64,000 nucleotides of DNA, from assembly GCF_030684315.1 (NCBI RefSeq), contig NC_081369.1, positions 50,885,598 to 50,949,597 on the forward strand, given 5' to 3'. The notes under the pieces were generated by a model. It ran no database searches. It saw nothing but the letters and a program-made list of their open reading frames with translations, and was not told the origin of the DNA. The position numbers and the translations under genes were made by a program. Shown one piece after another: positions 37,470 to 50,224 of the stretch (position 1 is the stretch's first letter; every line of letters starts with the position of its first letter). Origin of the DNA: Stegostoma tigrinum. Taxonomy: Eukaryota.

Positions 37470-39182
37470 AGCAACACATAGTTAACAATAGCCTGTTAAT
37501 TGATGCTCAGTTCGTGTTCTGCCAGGCCCACTCAACCCTAATCTCACTGCAGCTTTGGTCCAAAAATGGACAGAAGAGCTGAACTCAAGAGGGAAGTGAG
37601 GGTATCAGAGATAATGGGAACTGCAGATGCTGGAGATTCCAAGATAATAAAATGTGAGGCTGGATGAACACAGCAGGCCAAGCAGCATCTCAGGAGCACA
37701 AAAGCTGACGTTTCGGGCCTGGACCCTTCATCATCTGATGAAGGGTCCAGGCCCGAAACGTCAGCTTTTGTGCTCCTGAGATGCTGCTTGGCCTGCTGTG
37801 TTCATCCAGCCTCACATTTTATTATCAGGGAAGTGAGGGTTACAGCTCTTGATATGAAGACAGCATTTAAGTGAGTGCAGTATCAAGGAGTCCTTGCAAG
37901 TGGAAATCAGGGAAAACACTCTCCATTAGTTGGGAATCATACCCAGAAGATGACTATGGTTCTTGGAAGTCAAAATTTTGGCGGAATAATATGATTGCAG
38001 ATTTTCCTTAGGGTATTGTCCTTTGACAATACTCAACTCAAAGACTCAACCACCTTTAACTGTTTTGTCAATGATTTTTTCTCTATCATAAGCTCAGAGG
38101 TGTGGATTTTAGCTGATGATTACACAATGTTCAACATCATTCTTGACTCTTCTAATATCGAACTCCTTGACATCCATGCTGTGCAAGTGCTGGATGATGA
38201 TTATTTCTGAAAAAACAGTATCCTACCAACATTCCTTGACTCAAAATGGCATTGTCTTCACTGAACCCCCCACTATCAACAACCTAGGGGTTATCATTGG
38301 ATGGACTGGACTAGCTATATAAATATTGTGGCTACAAGAGCTGAGAATGAGTAATGTATTTCCTGAATTCTCGAAGCCTGCAAAGTACAAATCAGGAATA
38401 TGATGTAATATCTTCCACTTTTGTGGATGAACGCAGTTCCAACATTACTTGGAAAGGTCAATAACGTACAAAACAAAGCAGCTAGTTTATTGGCATCCTG
38501 CATAGCACAGTCAGAGTAGTGTGCATTATCTGCAACATGCACTATAGTGACTCATCAAGGCTCATAGCACCACCCTCCAAACCCACAATCTCCACCACAT
38601 AGAAGTTGAAGCAGATATCTGGGAACACTACCACGAAAATGTTCACCTCAAAGCCATAAACTATCTGATTCAGAGCTCTTTTGCTGTTCCTTCACTTGAA
38701 TGTTAATTCCTGGAATAACCTTCCCAACTGCCATGTGGATAGAACATAGAACGTAAAACACAGAATAGGGCAACACAGTACAGGTCCTTTGGCCTAATCC
38801 TAAGGTCTATCTAACTTCCAGCCCTACCTTTTACTATCATCCATATTACTATCTAATTGCCGCTTAAATGTCCCTAATGAGGCCAACTCCACTATCATCT
38901 CTGGCAATGCATTCCACGCCCCTACTACTCTCTGAGTAAAGAACCTACCTCTGATGTCTCCCCTATATCTATCTCCACTCACTTTAAAACTCTGCCCCCT
39001 CGTAATAGCTACCTGCACTCTCAGCAAAAGTCTCTGGCTGTCCACTCTGATCATTTGATGTACTGACACCACATAGAATGCAAAAGTTGAAGAATGCAGC
39101 CCACCACCAACTGCTCAAAGAGAACTAGAGATGGGAAAGAAATGCTGTCTTAGAGATCAATGCTCACCATGAATGAATAGAA
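37470..39182 (+). mobile_element. RTE-X-like LINE RT relic with nested Penelope mini-palindrome and CR1 (38742-39055, -)
   Basis: VRVTALDMKTAF resembles ALDIKAAFDRVWH; catalytic ADD (ttagctgatgat) at ~38110; same tail as the copy ending at 4706. The nested CR1 reads GDRYRGDIRGRFFTQRVVGAWNALP. Confidence 0.65.
37604..37826. mobile_element. Penelope pLTR mini-palindrome with 14 bp TSD
   Basis: Arms ~37646-37733 and ~37736-37826 are reverse complements. TSD agggaagtgagggt at 37590-37603 and 37827-37840. Intact hammerhead at 37735-37762 (+). Confidence 0.92.
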
Positions 39183-39489
39183 GTTGATCACATATTTATG
39201 GGATCATACACTCCAAGTGGTTTTCTGGTCAATTATTAAACAAACATGTGAATGCCATTGTTGTGTGAATTATGAATTTTTCTCTTTAAAGCAAAAAAAA
39301 ACTTCTATCAATAGAACACCGTTCATGAGACCTCAGCAGAGCCCAAGGGGCTTCATAGTCAATGAAATACTTTTGAAGCCTAATAACTGTTGTAAAGTAA
39401 TACACTGTGACTGCAATGATCCATCTCCCAGTGTCAATTTTGGTTCAGTGACTACATTTTCACCTCTGAAATCTACTCAGTAGATATGA

Positions 39490-39850
39490 GCAAATCATAT
39501 GTTTGTGCTGAAGTATACTATCGACAGAGTTGGAAGTGCCACCTTTTGGATTAGGTATTAAACCAAAAGACATGACCTACCTGTCAGTTAGGCAATAAAG
39601 ACCCCATGGCTACATGGAAGGAGGTAGAGTAATTCTCAAGATATCCTACCCAACATTTACCCCTCAATATCATCATTAAAACGGATTATTTGATGATCAT
39701 GGTACTTCTGTTAGTGGGATTTTGTGGTTAGCAAACTAACTGTTGCCCTTCCCATTGTATAACAACGACAGTACTTCAAAAAAATACTTAACTCGTGATG
39801 AAGCACTTTGTGGCATCCTGAGATGATTAAAGGCAATATATAGGTTCTTG
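39490..39850 (+). mobile_element. DeuSINE-like SINE
   Basis: aaagaccccatggc...ccaacatttacccctcaa...acggattatt...acttcaaaa...gaagcactttg...tcctgag. Confidence 0.6.
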
Positions 39851-39960
39851 ATCTTTCTTCCCATTTGTGAATTAGGGTCAGAGCAGGAAAACAATATGGT
39901 CAAAACATCTTACCTTGCAGCTTTTAATGTAATTATTTTTAAGTAAATTAATAGGTCATT
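39749..39960. repeat. 212 bp segment duplicated directly at 41079-41290
   Basis: Direct comparison; 3 mismatches counted by eye. Confidence 0.95.
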
Positions 39961-40544
39961 TGAGTGACTCAGAGTGACAAGTCCACAGTTCTTGTGCTCT
40001 TATGATCTACTTCATGAGGTGTTCATATGGAGGAAAAGTTGTGTGATGCGTGTTCTGGTGTAAAGATGTAAATAGGATTGACTAAAAGCACACAATTTTT
40101 TGCCTTTAATAGATATGAAAAACATTTAGATTAGATTAGATTAGATTCCCTACAATGTGGAAACAGGCCCTTCGGCCCAACAAGTCCACTTACATAGTGC
40201 CTTTCAGAACTCTGGAGTTTGTGAAGCACTTAGATTACTTTTGGAGCAATTTGTAACGCCGAAATTAAATCATAAGGGAACAAAATGTAAAGCATGGTGA
40301 TTTTGATTTTCACCAACTTTAAGTAGCAAAACTAAGAACTGAAAATAAATATGCATGAAAATATATTGACATTTCATGAAGTTGCTTATTTTAATTCAGT
40401 CAAATGCTGATTTGAAGATTAACAATAATTATTATTTTACATGTAAGTTAACACAGCAAGCACAACAGGGAAGGATAGTCTAAATCTTGAAAAATATTCA
40501 AGCAATTAGTTTATTTACTTCTTTAAAAAATCTCTTGAGAGGAA

Positions 40545-40760
40545 TTGGGTAGCACAGTTAGTTAACATAACTGTCCTTTCACCTGGGTTTGAACACAGCC
40601 CAAGTTAATGGAATGAAAGATTCTTCTCTGCAAAAGCTGTAAGAGGCCTCAGTGAAGTGAATAAGAACAGTCCCAGTCCATTTCTTAGCCTAGAGTCCCA
40701 AGCACAAAACTGACCGCAAGTTGGCAATCTCACTTAAGCCATGAGCGCAACCGGAATGGG
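40545..40760 (+). mobile_element. LF-SINE-like ancient SINE
   Basis: Ordered blocks cctttcacct, gaacacagcccaagtt, ggcctcagtgaagtga, gtcccagtccatttcttag and cacaaaac match the LF-SINE consensus as remembered. Confidence 0.55.
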
Positions 40761-41292
40761 AAATGGAAAGTACGTGCTTGACAGCTAGGGGAGTGGTTCG
40801 GAGGTTAGGATTAGGTACCTTATTGGAATTGAGTACAAAGAGTTTTGCCATAACCCAAATCTATACCACATTCAATGTGATTCCCTGGTACTGATCAATT
40901 TTATCTTTTTGAATATTTCTGCTGTACATTTAATTTTTTTCTGTATTGTAAAAGTTGAACAAAAAGTACTCTATTATATTCTAAGGCCAGAAACATGCTT
41001 GGAATTCATCACAATAAATATTTGTGCTTTCTCTATAGGTAAAATTGTACAAGCCTGAACATTCAATACAACCTCAAATTCCCATTGCATAACAACGACA
41101 GTACTTCAAGAAAATACTTAACTCATGATGAAGCACTTTGTGGCATCCTGAGATGATTAAAGGCAATATATAGGTTCTTGATCTTTCTTCCCATTTGTGA
41201 ATTAGGGTCAGAGCAGGAAAACAATATGGTCAAAACATCTTACCTTGCAGCTTTTAATGTAATTATTTTTAAGTAAATTAATAGGTCATTAT

Positions 41293-41401
41293 TTGGCAGG
41301 TCATGGTGCAGTTGTATCGGAATTTGGTTCGGCCACATTTAGAGTATTACCTACAGTTCTGGCCACCACGTTACCAAAAGGATGTGATGCTTTGGAGAGG
41401 G
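41293..41401 (+). mobile_element. Internal CR1 ORF2 fragment
   Basis: QLYRNLVRPHLEYYLQFWPPRYQKD resembles LYKTLVRPHLEYCVQFWSP. Confidence 0.8.
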
Positions 41402-42344
41402 ATCAAATAGCTCAGTAATTATTCTTTCCTCAGTTGTTCCAGGAGCGCAAAAGCCAAATGAAGCAAAATGATCATGCATAATGCCTCTTTTTATTACATT
41501 TCTACAATTTCATTTTGTTTGGTTAATGCGTTACTTTAATTTGTTACTTTGCTACTGAAGATTGAAGTGCAACCCTGATGAATGATGTAAAGTTTGACAA
41601 TTGGTACCAACATAAATATGACTTTTGGATTGAATTCTACCATCAGAAGATTAATAAACAGGACAATTTTACAAAGCCCACATTAGCTGCTTGCATTTTG
41701 TCCAAAATGGATGCTGGTTTCCCAAAGGAAGCAGCTAATGTTGATTAGCAAAATGTAGTATGAAAGCAAAAAGAATTTTAATAAAACAGTATAAATTTCC
41801 AATTGTACAAGTGTATATGGTATTCTGACTACCCGTTCCCCACTCTTATATGGGCACTGAAAATGCTGAATAATTTTGAGTAATTTCACAAGTTCAAAAA
41901 TATTCTAATTGTGATTACTTTCATATTGCTTTATAATATTCAGAAGTTATATGAAAAGTATACATTAATATAATCCAAAGTATAATATTATTAATAATAA
42001 CATTACTGACTGCAATACAATTAATCATCCTTTGAAAGACCAATAATACTCCACTTCTAATCTAGGATATAAAGACATAACTGTTAATCTTTGGAATATG
42101 TTGTGATCAAACATCTCAGGAGTAATTCTGCCTGTAGGAAATATAGAGAGAAGACAATTGATGTGAAAGATGTCTGAGTTAGTATAACAAATCATCTTAA
42201 AGATCAGGTAACTCTACCCTTCCAGTGATTTACGACTCTTGAATTTATCCCATTAAATTCTTATCCTCTTTCAACTTGCCTAAAAGAAATGAATAAAAAT
42301 TTATTTAAATATTAATTCATGATGTATTGTCTTCAAAGCCTCTG

Positions 42345-42575
42345 CTAGGCTATTGGATTTGTAGAATGGTAGAACCATAGTATGATATTGCACAGAAAGA
42401 GTCCATCTGTTTCATCATGCCTGTCTGTACTGTTTCAAAGGGGTATCTGATCAGTCCCAGTTCTTTGTTCTCCCAACTGCTGTATAAATCTTCCCCCTTC
42501 CAGTATTCTTCCAAAACCTCTTTAAAAGTTAAATCTGACTCTGCTTCAAATATTCTTTCAGGTGTAGATTCCATT
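42345..42575 (-). mobile_element. CR1 3' end
   Basis: PERIFEAESDLTFKEVLEEYWK in ORF 42350..42583. Confidence 0.6.
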
Positions 42576-43339
42576 TGGAGCACCCTGAGCCAGTCTGCCT
42601 TTGTCTTACTGTGCTGGGAGTCCCTGAGCGAAGACTATACCCCTTGACTTCACTGAGGTCTGTTGATAGATATGACAAGCTTCCTGGTTTTGTGTCTGTG
42701 TTGAATGATTTGGCAAGCAGCAGTAATGTTAGTCTGGGACCTCTGTCTGAATGCACAAAGCACAAAAAGGCAAGACAAGACAGAACAGGAATGCTGTAAG
42801 CATTTAGGTAGACTCAGAGTGAGTGAGTGCTGTCACAGCAAACAAAGGCCTTGAAGGCAGAGCTTGCTCTTGTCCATGAGCAGGGTGCATGTCCTGAACA
42901 CACAGGGCCCTTGCTGCAGCATTACAGGTGCACCACTGAAGTGCAGAAGTGGATCAGTGCGTAAGTTTTCTTAGAAGCTGGCATGTTTTGGATTGCTGTG
43001 TCTGCAGATATGGAGTAAAATGGCCGGGGTAGGGAGTTGAATGATGGGCAACACATGCCTGTCTTGGCTCTTTCTGCCTTATTGCAGGCTATTTTCTTGG
43101 AATGAGAGAGAAGCAGGCATTATTGAAGATGAAAATAGTCAGCACAGTTATTACGCTAGGAACAGGTGGGGAGACGTCCCAAGTAAGGATCAGGAAGCAC
43201 AGGGGGCTTACAGACTCAGTAGTGTCAGGAGTTGAGGCGGGCGACATCAAATGGGGGAGATGTTGCAAGCAATAGTGAGAGTTGTAGAGCATGCACCTTG
43301 GTGGGAGATGGGTGCAGTCGCAGAGACAGAGTGAGCTTG

Positions 43340-43575
43340 CAACATCTGAGAGAAGATGGTGGAACTTCTCCTCCACACTATATTGCTGGGCATTCCTTCA
43401 GGCAGCTGAGAGTGCTGTATGCCTGGTGATGACCTTGGACCAGGCTGGCATGGTCTGGTGCTATAGCCTCCACCACTGGTCTTGGGGGAGGAGGAAGCCC
43501 CACATCAACAATACACTGTTGAGGAGGACTTCAAGGAGCCTGTCCACAAAGTGGGGCACAATTTCCCCTGTGTAT
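43340..43575 (-). mobile_element. Harbinger-type Myb/SANT-like DNA-binding ORF relic
   Basis: The - strand reads VPHFVDRLLEVLLNSV...QTMPAWSKV...RNAQQ...EKFHHLL, with stops. The element may span ~42600-43900. Confidence 0.55.
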
Positions 43576-44049
43576 CATTTTTAGGGGAAATGTCAACAAC
43601 TGTGCAAGGCAGCTGTAGATTGGTAGTGCATATTCAGGTGTACAACAGGCTTTTAAGGATGGTGAAGGTGCCAGGGTGCCGATCAATTCTGGGATATCCA
43701 CTAAGTGGTGACTTGTTCAGGGAATGGCATGAGGTCAAGTGGGTGATAATTGAATGTGATGGACACTATTGTGGCATAGTAAGTAAATAATGAGGCAAAC
43801 TTGATAAGATAGGATGAGAGAACTCACTCTGCCTCATGGTAATAAACCCTCCAAAAAGCTTGATGCAAATGTGGACTTAGCAAAAACATGTAAGATTCAG
43901 CCCAGTAACTTTAAACAACAGGGAAAAGTTAGGAACTTCAGACAGCTATGATATAGTCATTTCGATACATAGTAATCTTGATTAATTCCTTTTATTCCTG
44001 GGTTTCTCATTTCTTATACATCCTGTACAATGCTTTTGTCTAATAACAC

Positions 44050-44675
44050 ATGCAAATAGCTTCACAGTCAGAGAAAATCTAACCATCGCACTCACTTTCA
44101 GTAGCATCACCACAGTTGAATCCCACGCCATCAACATTTTTTTGATTACCATTGACCAGAAACTGAACTGGAGTAGCCATAGAATACTATAGTTACAACA
44201 GCAGGTCAGAGTCTGGGAAATCTGCAGTCAGTAACTCACCTCCTGACTTCCAAAAGCCTGTCCACAAGGCACAAGTCAGGTGTGTGACAGAATACTTTCC
44301 ATTTGCCTGGATGAGTGTAGTTCCAACAAAACTAAAGAATGTCAAGTGACTGGCCAGGATTAAACAACTTGCTTGACTGGTACCCCATCCATCACATTCA
44401 GCATTCACTTCCGTCACTACCAAGGCAAAATGGCTGTAGTGTGTACCTCTTATAAGATGCACTTAGCAAGTAACTCAGCAAGATTTCTCTTCCAAACCTC
44501 TACCAGTGATCTTTACCATCTAAGAGCACCAAAGTAGCAAACCTAAAGGGGCCCCATATGGACTGTAGCAGTTCAAGTTGGTGGTTCACTGCCACCTTCT
44601 TAAGGGCAATTAAGGATGAACAGTAAATACTCACCTTGGCCAGTGACATCCATCTTCAATGAACATGAACAAATA
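44050..44675 (+). mobile_element. RTE-X-like LINE 3' part
   Basis: attgaccagaaactgaactgg...gcaggtcagagtctggg...cctgacttccaaaagcctgtccac; same tail family as 3875-4706. Confidence 0.6.
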
Positions 44676-44689
44676 GTCAGTTTTGACCC

Positions 44690-45110
44690 TTCCCTGCTCT
44701 CCTTCAAGAGATATGGAGCCTACACGTAGTCTTTTTTGACATTTCTGCGGACAACATCGGCCACATAATATTTTAATCCACTGAACAAATCTCTGCTAAA
44801 GCACAGACTTATTCAAGAGCCCAAAATAAAAAGCTCCATTCAATCCAATCAAATGTTGGTTCAGCATGCAGAAGAACACCAGCGCTGAGCAATGAACCTT
44901 CCCATCAACATTTTTTAAGATCAAGTACCTTATGGATATTATTAAAGGCACGTTGATGTTATATAAAATGCACTTGGCTCCAGTGTACATGTTTTGACAT
45001 TGTTTTCTATCATCTTGATGCCAATGTCTTGGCTAAAATTTTGCAACAAACCCAGAATTGGCTGGTCATTCATACAGTCCACAAGAGCTTTTTTGTGCAC
45101 TTCACTTTTT
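44690..45110 (-). mobile_element. Ancient L1/Tx1-clade reverse transcriptase fragment
   Basis: The - strand reads KILAKTLASR...HWSQVHFI...AFNNI...LHAEPTFDWIEWSFLFWALE, resembling KILAK.LANRL...DQ.GFI...LDAEKAFDRVEW.FLF. Confidence 0.65.
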
Positions 45111-45823
45111 TAAAGTCTCCAATGACGCAAGGTCTGACCACATGACAGAAGGGCTTCCTTCAATTTGAGGGGAGTAATTTAAAGTATTTATCAAAAAATG
45201 AGAAGTAGGATCAATTGTGAAGAGTCTGTAGACAGCCCTTTCAAGCAAAAACATTTGCTATCAAACAAATATTGAACATTATTCTTCAGTTCTAATGCTG
45301 CACTGTTTTCCTGCTTACCATCAAGCAGAATATATATTAATTCAAATATTTCCTGTATTTTATGAGTTAATATATTCCTCCGGAAGGCCATAATCATTAA
45401 CTATCAATTATAGGTAAACCTATAGCTGTTTAAATATAGAGCTCTAAAGCAATTAACCACATTCAAATTATTCCAATTGTAAGGATTTGCTGATCCAAGT
45501 ACAATATAAAAACGTATAAAATTTCCTAAGCGTATAGTATTTCCCCAGTTATCAGATTGCTAATCTGTCACATACCCATATATTAATAACTAATAAGAAT
45601 TTGAATTCTAAATAATTTTAACATGTATAATTCATAATGAAACCAGTGGATAAATTTCGTTTTAAATAATTATCTTGTGAATCTCCCAATACATTGCACC
45701 CTTATTTCAAATGAAAGGATAATGCTATTGATAAAAGGAGAAACAATTTTCTGCATTTATTATACTAGTTACATCAATTGTGACTGTAAGATGAAATAGT
45801 CCAATAAATGTTTTTCAAATGCA

Positions 45824-46140
45824 TCTGAGTCAGAAATGTGTGGAGTCACTTATTAATAACTCAATCTAGGTTGACACATCTGGGGTACAGTATTTGGGGA
45901 GTAGAGATACCACCTTTCAAATCAGATGTTAATCTGAAGTCCTTCCGACTGTCTGCTATGAACATTGAAGATGTCATGATGTTGCTTTAAAGAGTAATGG
46001 GATTCGGCACAGTTTCATGACCAATATTCATTCCTCAATCATCAACACTAAAAACAAATCATCATTTACCTACACTTACCCAATTTATGTCATGGGACTT
46101 TGCTTATAAGCATGGCATTTCTGAGATGTGGAGCTGCACT
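45824..46140 (+). mobile_element. DeuSINE-like SINE (decayed)
   Basis: tctgagtcagaa head, plus gccaatattcattcctcaa...actaaaaacaaat-type central block. Confidence 0.5.
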
Positions 46141-46877
46141 TCCACTCTGACAGATTTTTTTTCTCTCATGCATAACTGTAGGGGCAAGGCAAGCCATGTC
46201 CCATTTTTACAGGAGTCAGCCGCCATATCCAGAAATGTAGAAGTCCCAACAGCTGTTCTCAAATGTAATTACTGAGGTAAGTGTAATGTTAGGATGCTGG
46301 AAGGATCAGGTGCCATATGAGAAGTGGGGTAGGCTGCCACATAAGTAGAGTGTCAGTTGGGTAGAGATAGCTGCCAGATAAGTACAGTGTCAGGCAGGGA
46401 GGAGCAGTGTGACAAAGTGGATGGGAGGGCGGTGATGGTTGGAGGGGTACGTTTTGTGGAGCTGCACATCAGGTAAGTAGGATTTCATGTGGGAAGGGGG
46501 AAGGAGGTAGAGTGCAAGGATGCAAGGTGATGAGGAAAGCCAGGTCAGCACTGCAGAGTTTTGAGTTGGTTGAGATGAGTGGGTGAAATTGGACCCGATG
46601 GAGGATGAGAAAGCTGGGTGTTCTAGTCTGGTGGTGGGAATGTAGAGGGTGGGGCTGGGGCTTGTGGGGAATGAGTCCAGCAGCAGTTAGACTGAGAGAG
46701 GCAGCGTTTCCAGCCCTGGGTTGATGGAGGAGGGTGTTAAGTCAAGTCCAGTAGTCTATGGTAGAGGCAGGGGAGAGGGAATGGGGATGGTGAAGTGGGG
46801 TTGGGTCTGGCCTGATCTGATGGTATGGAGGTAGGGAAGGGTAGGCGGATAGGGGGCCGAAGTGGTGGTTCTTCTTG

Positions 46878-47203
46878 TCTGACTGGGACAACACCAAGTT
46901 CTTGGGACAGGCTAGGCAGAGACAGGCATGAGAATTCCTGGAAGCATGGCACTCCACGAAGCATGCCATTAACAAACACATCGATCTTGACCCCATTTAC
47001 GTTTCACCGGAAGTGAGGAAACCCATCGCAATGGACCCCAGAGTTTAAAAACCAGGTGGGAAAATATACCGACACTTCATCAGAGGCTGCACTGAGGATG
47101 TTACCAAGTACGGTAATGAAACATCTGCAGAACAAGAAACTAGCTCGGCGAGCCAACCAACCTCAACACCCACAACCCGAGCTACAAATTTACTCCAAAA
47201 CCT
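46878..47203 (+). mobile_element. 3' end of a second Penelope-like family, with hammerhead motif at 47087-47130
   Basis: DWDNTKFLGQARQRQA*EFLEAWHSTKHAINKHIDLDPIY is a GIY-YIG C-terminus, followed by CUGAGGA...GAAAC. Confidence 0.75.
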
Positions 47204-48277
47204 TAGTGATTATGTTTCCTCTGCTTCTCTTCCCCATCACCTGCACTTGCCTTTACCAGATTCCAGAATGAAATCTGGCTTGATAGACCACATTGCTTTT
47301 CCTTCAGTTAAAAATGGTGGTCGTTCACTGAAACATAAATATTCAAAACAAACCAAGCTATCGGAACATAACATGATTTAAAGACTTCAAACAGTCTGCA
47401 AAACAAATTTGCATCTACTCTCCAACACCATCACTTAGCAGTTAATCAAAAGCCAGGAAAAGATCCCTACCAAAGCTGCTTCTTTTCACTTCTGGTCCTG
47501 TGAGCTGTGAAGCCTTTTTATTTGACACACAACTTAGCTCTTTACATTGAGGTAATGTATTCCATTAATTGCTCCAAACAAACTCCTTTTCCAAGGATAA
47601 AGTAATCCTACATTTGACTTCAGATGGGGCTCTATCAAACATTGACTTCAGATGGAACTGCATCAAACTGAATTCAGAAGTTTTTAAATTTAAAGAAAAC
47701 TTGTTCATCTTAGCTTCAGCTAAGCTAATGGCTTAATGATTTTTCCTTCTGCGGTTCTGAAACCCCACAATATAAACATCGTACATTAACTTTCCAGAAG
47801 GTCTTCAGTCATCTGTTCCCTGACATATACTGGTTTAAAACTGTGCTTCAAAAAAGGCTGGTGTAGTTAATTAATAAACTCATTGAAATGGAAACAAACT
47901 CATATTCCACTATATTAAAATCTGAAATCTTAAATATTTTATATATCTATATCTATGTTTCCTCGCCTAATTTTTACATTCCTTTTAGGCAGCTGCTGCT
48001 TAGTTCTACTGTCTACCTCCATTGTCCTTGATAACAATCATTATATCGTCATTATCACCAAGATAAATTAACAATCATTTGTCTCACTGTTGTTATGCAG
48101 TCTTGTGAACAAACTGACTGTTGCATTTGTCGAAAAAAGTAGCAGTGACTACATTTGGCAGCGAAGCACTTTAGTACATCCTGAGATTGCATAGGATCCT
48201 GGTAAAAATTGTAGAATTTTAAACAATCTCCTCTCACAACATTCAACACTGTATTTAAACTATCATTAACTCCAAGG

Positions 48278-48635
48278 GAAGGCAGTGATGTAGTAGTAAT
48301 ATCACTGAGCTAAAAATCCAGAAAACCACGCTAATATTCTGAGGATATTGGTTTGAATCCCATGGCCGATGGTGAAACTAGAATTCAATGAAAAATATCT
48401 GAAATATAAATTTCATCTAATGGCAACCATGTAACTATTGTTGGTTGTCATAAAAATCCATTAAATTTATTAATGTCTTTTAAAGAAGGAATTCTGCTGT
48501 TCCCACTTGGTCTGGTCTACATGTGACTCCAGACCCATGGCAATGTGGTCAATTCTGAAGTTCCCTTTGCACAATTAGGCTTGGGCAATGAATGCTGATC
48601 TAGACAGCAATGCCCACATATTGTGAATGATTAAA
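48278..48635 (+). mobile_element. tRNA-head SINE with an RTE-X-like tail
   Basis: A-box-like gatgtagtagtaa, B-box-like ggtttgaatccc; tail gggcaatgaatgctg...gcccacat...gaatga shared with the LINE ends at 4650-4706 and 39125-39182. Confidence 0.6.
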
Positions 48636-49259
48636 AAATATCCTGTTTCATTCAAAGATCCCACTTTGAATTATGCCATTGCACTTCCAAGAGAGGCCGA
48701 TCTGAAACAAACAAACTTCTAAAAATTCCTTTCACTGAAATGCATTGAGTTAATTGGATAAAAGTGCTGCTTCTTTCTTGCATGTGACTAACAATCACAT
48801 TCAATTGAATATGAAACCAAAGCATAGTAAAGGTTCAAGATATTCAGAGACCTGCAATACTATTTTATGATCTTTATGTATGACGTGAGGTTGTTAAAAA
48901 GTCATGAAACTTTATGTGAAAACTTTTATTTTTAAAGGCATGTTGTGGGCTACATCAAGAATTAAGATACCAGCTGTGTTTTTAAAATTTCTTTCGATGG
49001 ATTATGACAGGGTAGAAAAAAAAACTTTGCTTAATTTGATTGGCCAATAACTGGGAACATACCAAAGAAAAGGAAAATTGTGAGGAACACAGGGGCATAA
49101 ATGCTATAACCGATGAAGAGAAAGAAAATTGACAGTTGCTCCAGTAGTTTTAATAGTCCCAGTGGGTACGAGGTTAGGTAACGTCACACCATGATTCAGG
49201 AATTACAGTGAAAGAAAACAAGGAGCAACAACAGACTGTTAGCAACCATCAGGATAATG

Positions 49260-49730
49260 CCGTTTTTACAACGGAAAAATTTATACTTTTTTAAATAGTG
49301 TGGATATAGAGGAGCATGTAGAAATGATATACTTGGATTTCCAAAAGGCATTTGATAAGACATCACACAAGGTTAATAATCAAGGTAAAGGTTCATTAGC
49401 AGAGATAAGAAATGGAGAAAAGGAGTAAGTACAATAGTTTCAGGTAGTCTATACTAAATTGAGTGCTACAATTATCTATGCTGGTGCATTATCTTTATAT
49501 TACCTATATTAATGACTTAGTTAAAGAGACAGGAAATAACATATTTAAGTTTGAACATAATATAAAGCTAGATTGGAATGTAAACTATGAAGAGAAGACA
49601 AAGTGGTTGAAAAGAGATACATTATCTGAGTGGTAAACAGATGACAGATGACAGATAAAGTATAATAACATGGAGAGGAATGAAGTAACTCACTTCGGTG
49701 GCAAGAACAGAGAGCAGAATAACATTTTAC
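49260..49730 (+). mobile_element. CR1 RT relic
   Basis: IYLDFQKAFDKTSH and YINDL motifs. Confidence 0.7.
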
Positions 49731-50224
49731 AGTGAAGCCGACTTCCCAGGTTTATTCTATTAAGGAGACATGCATTTTGCAAAGCTTTGTTATTATTTGC
49801 ATGCTGAAATGATCAGAATAGTGCAAGCTTTTTATTCTTTATATGTTTGTTTTATGTTTAGGCATGTTATGGACTATGATTAGTTATTTATCCACATTGT
49901 CATCATAAGTTAACATCTGCCACAATAATGATTTTTTCAATAAATCAATCATCTATCTTATTCATAATTATAGAACATGAGGCACAGTCTTAAGAAAAAG
50001 GAATGTATCATTTGAGATTGAGATAAGGAAAAGCAGCTTCATTTGAATGCTTGTGAATGTTTTGATTTCTCTACCCCAGGGCTTATAAATGCTCCATCTT
50101 TGATTAAATTCAATGGTGAGATAAATAGAATCATGACCTCTCAAGCCAAAAGCACATATGGGAAGCAGGTGCAAAACTGGAGTTGAAACAGAAGCTCAGC
50201 TATTATCATACTGAATGGCATACC

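Noticed and set aside
37604-37826. DNA-transposon MITE or miRNA precursor
   Set aside because: The arms are Penelope pLTR sequence and the 14 bp TSD fits retrotransposition; there is no evidence of miRNA processing.
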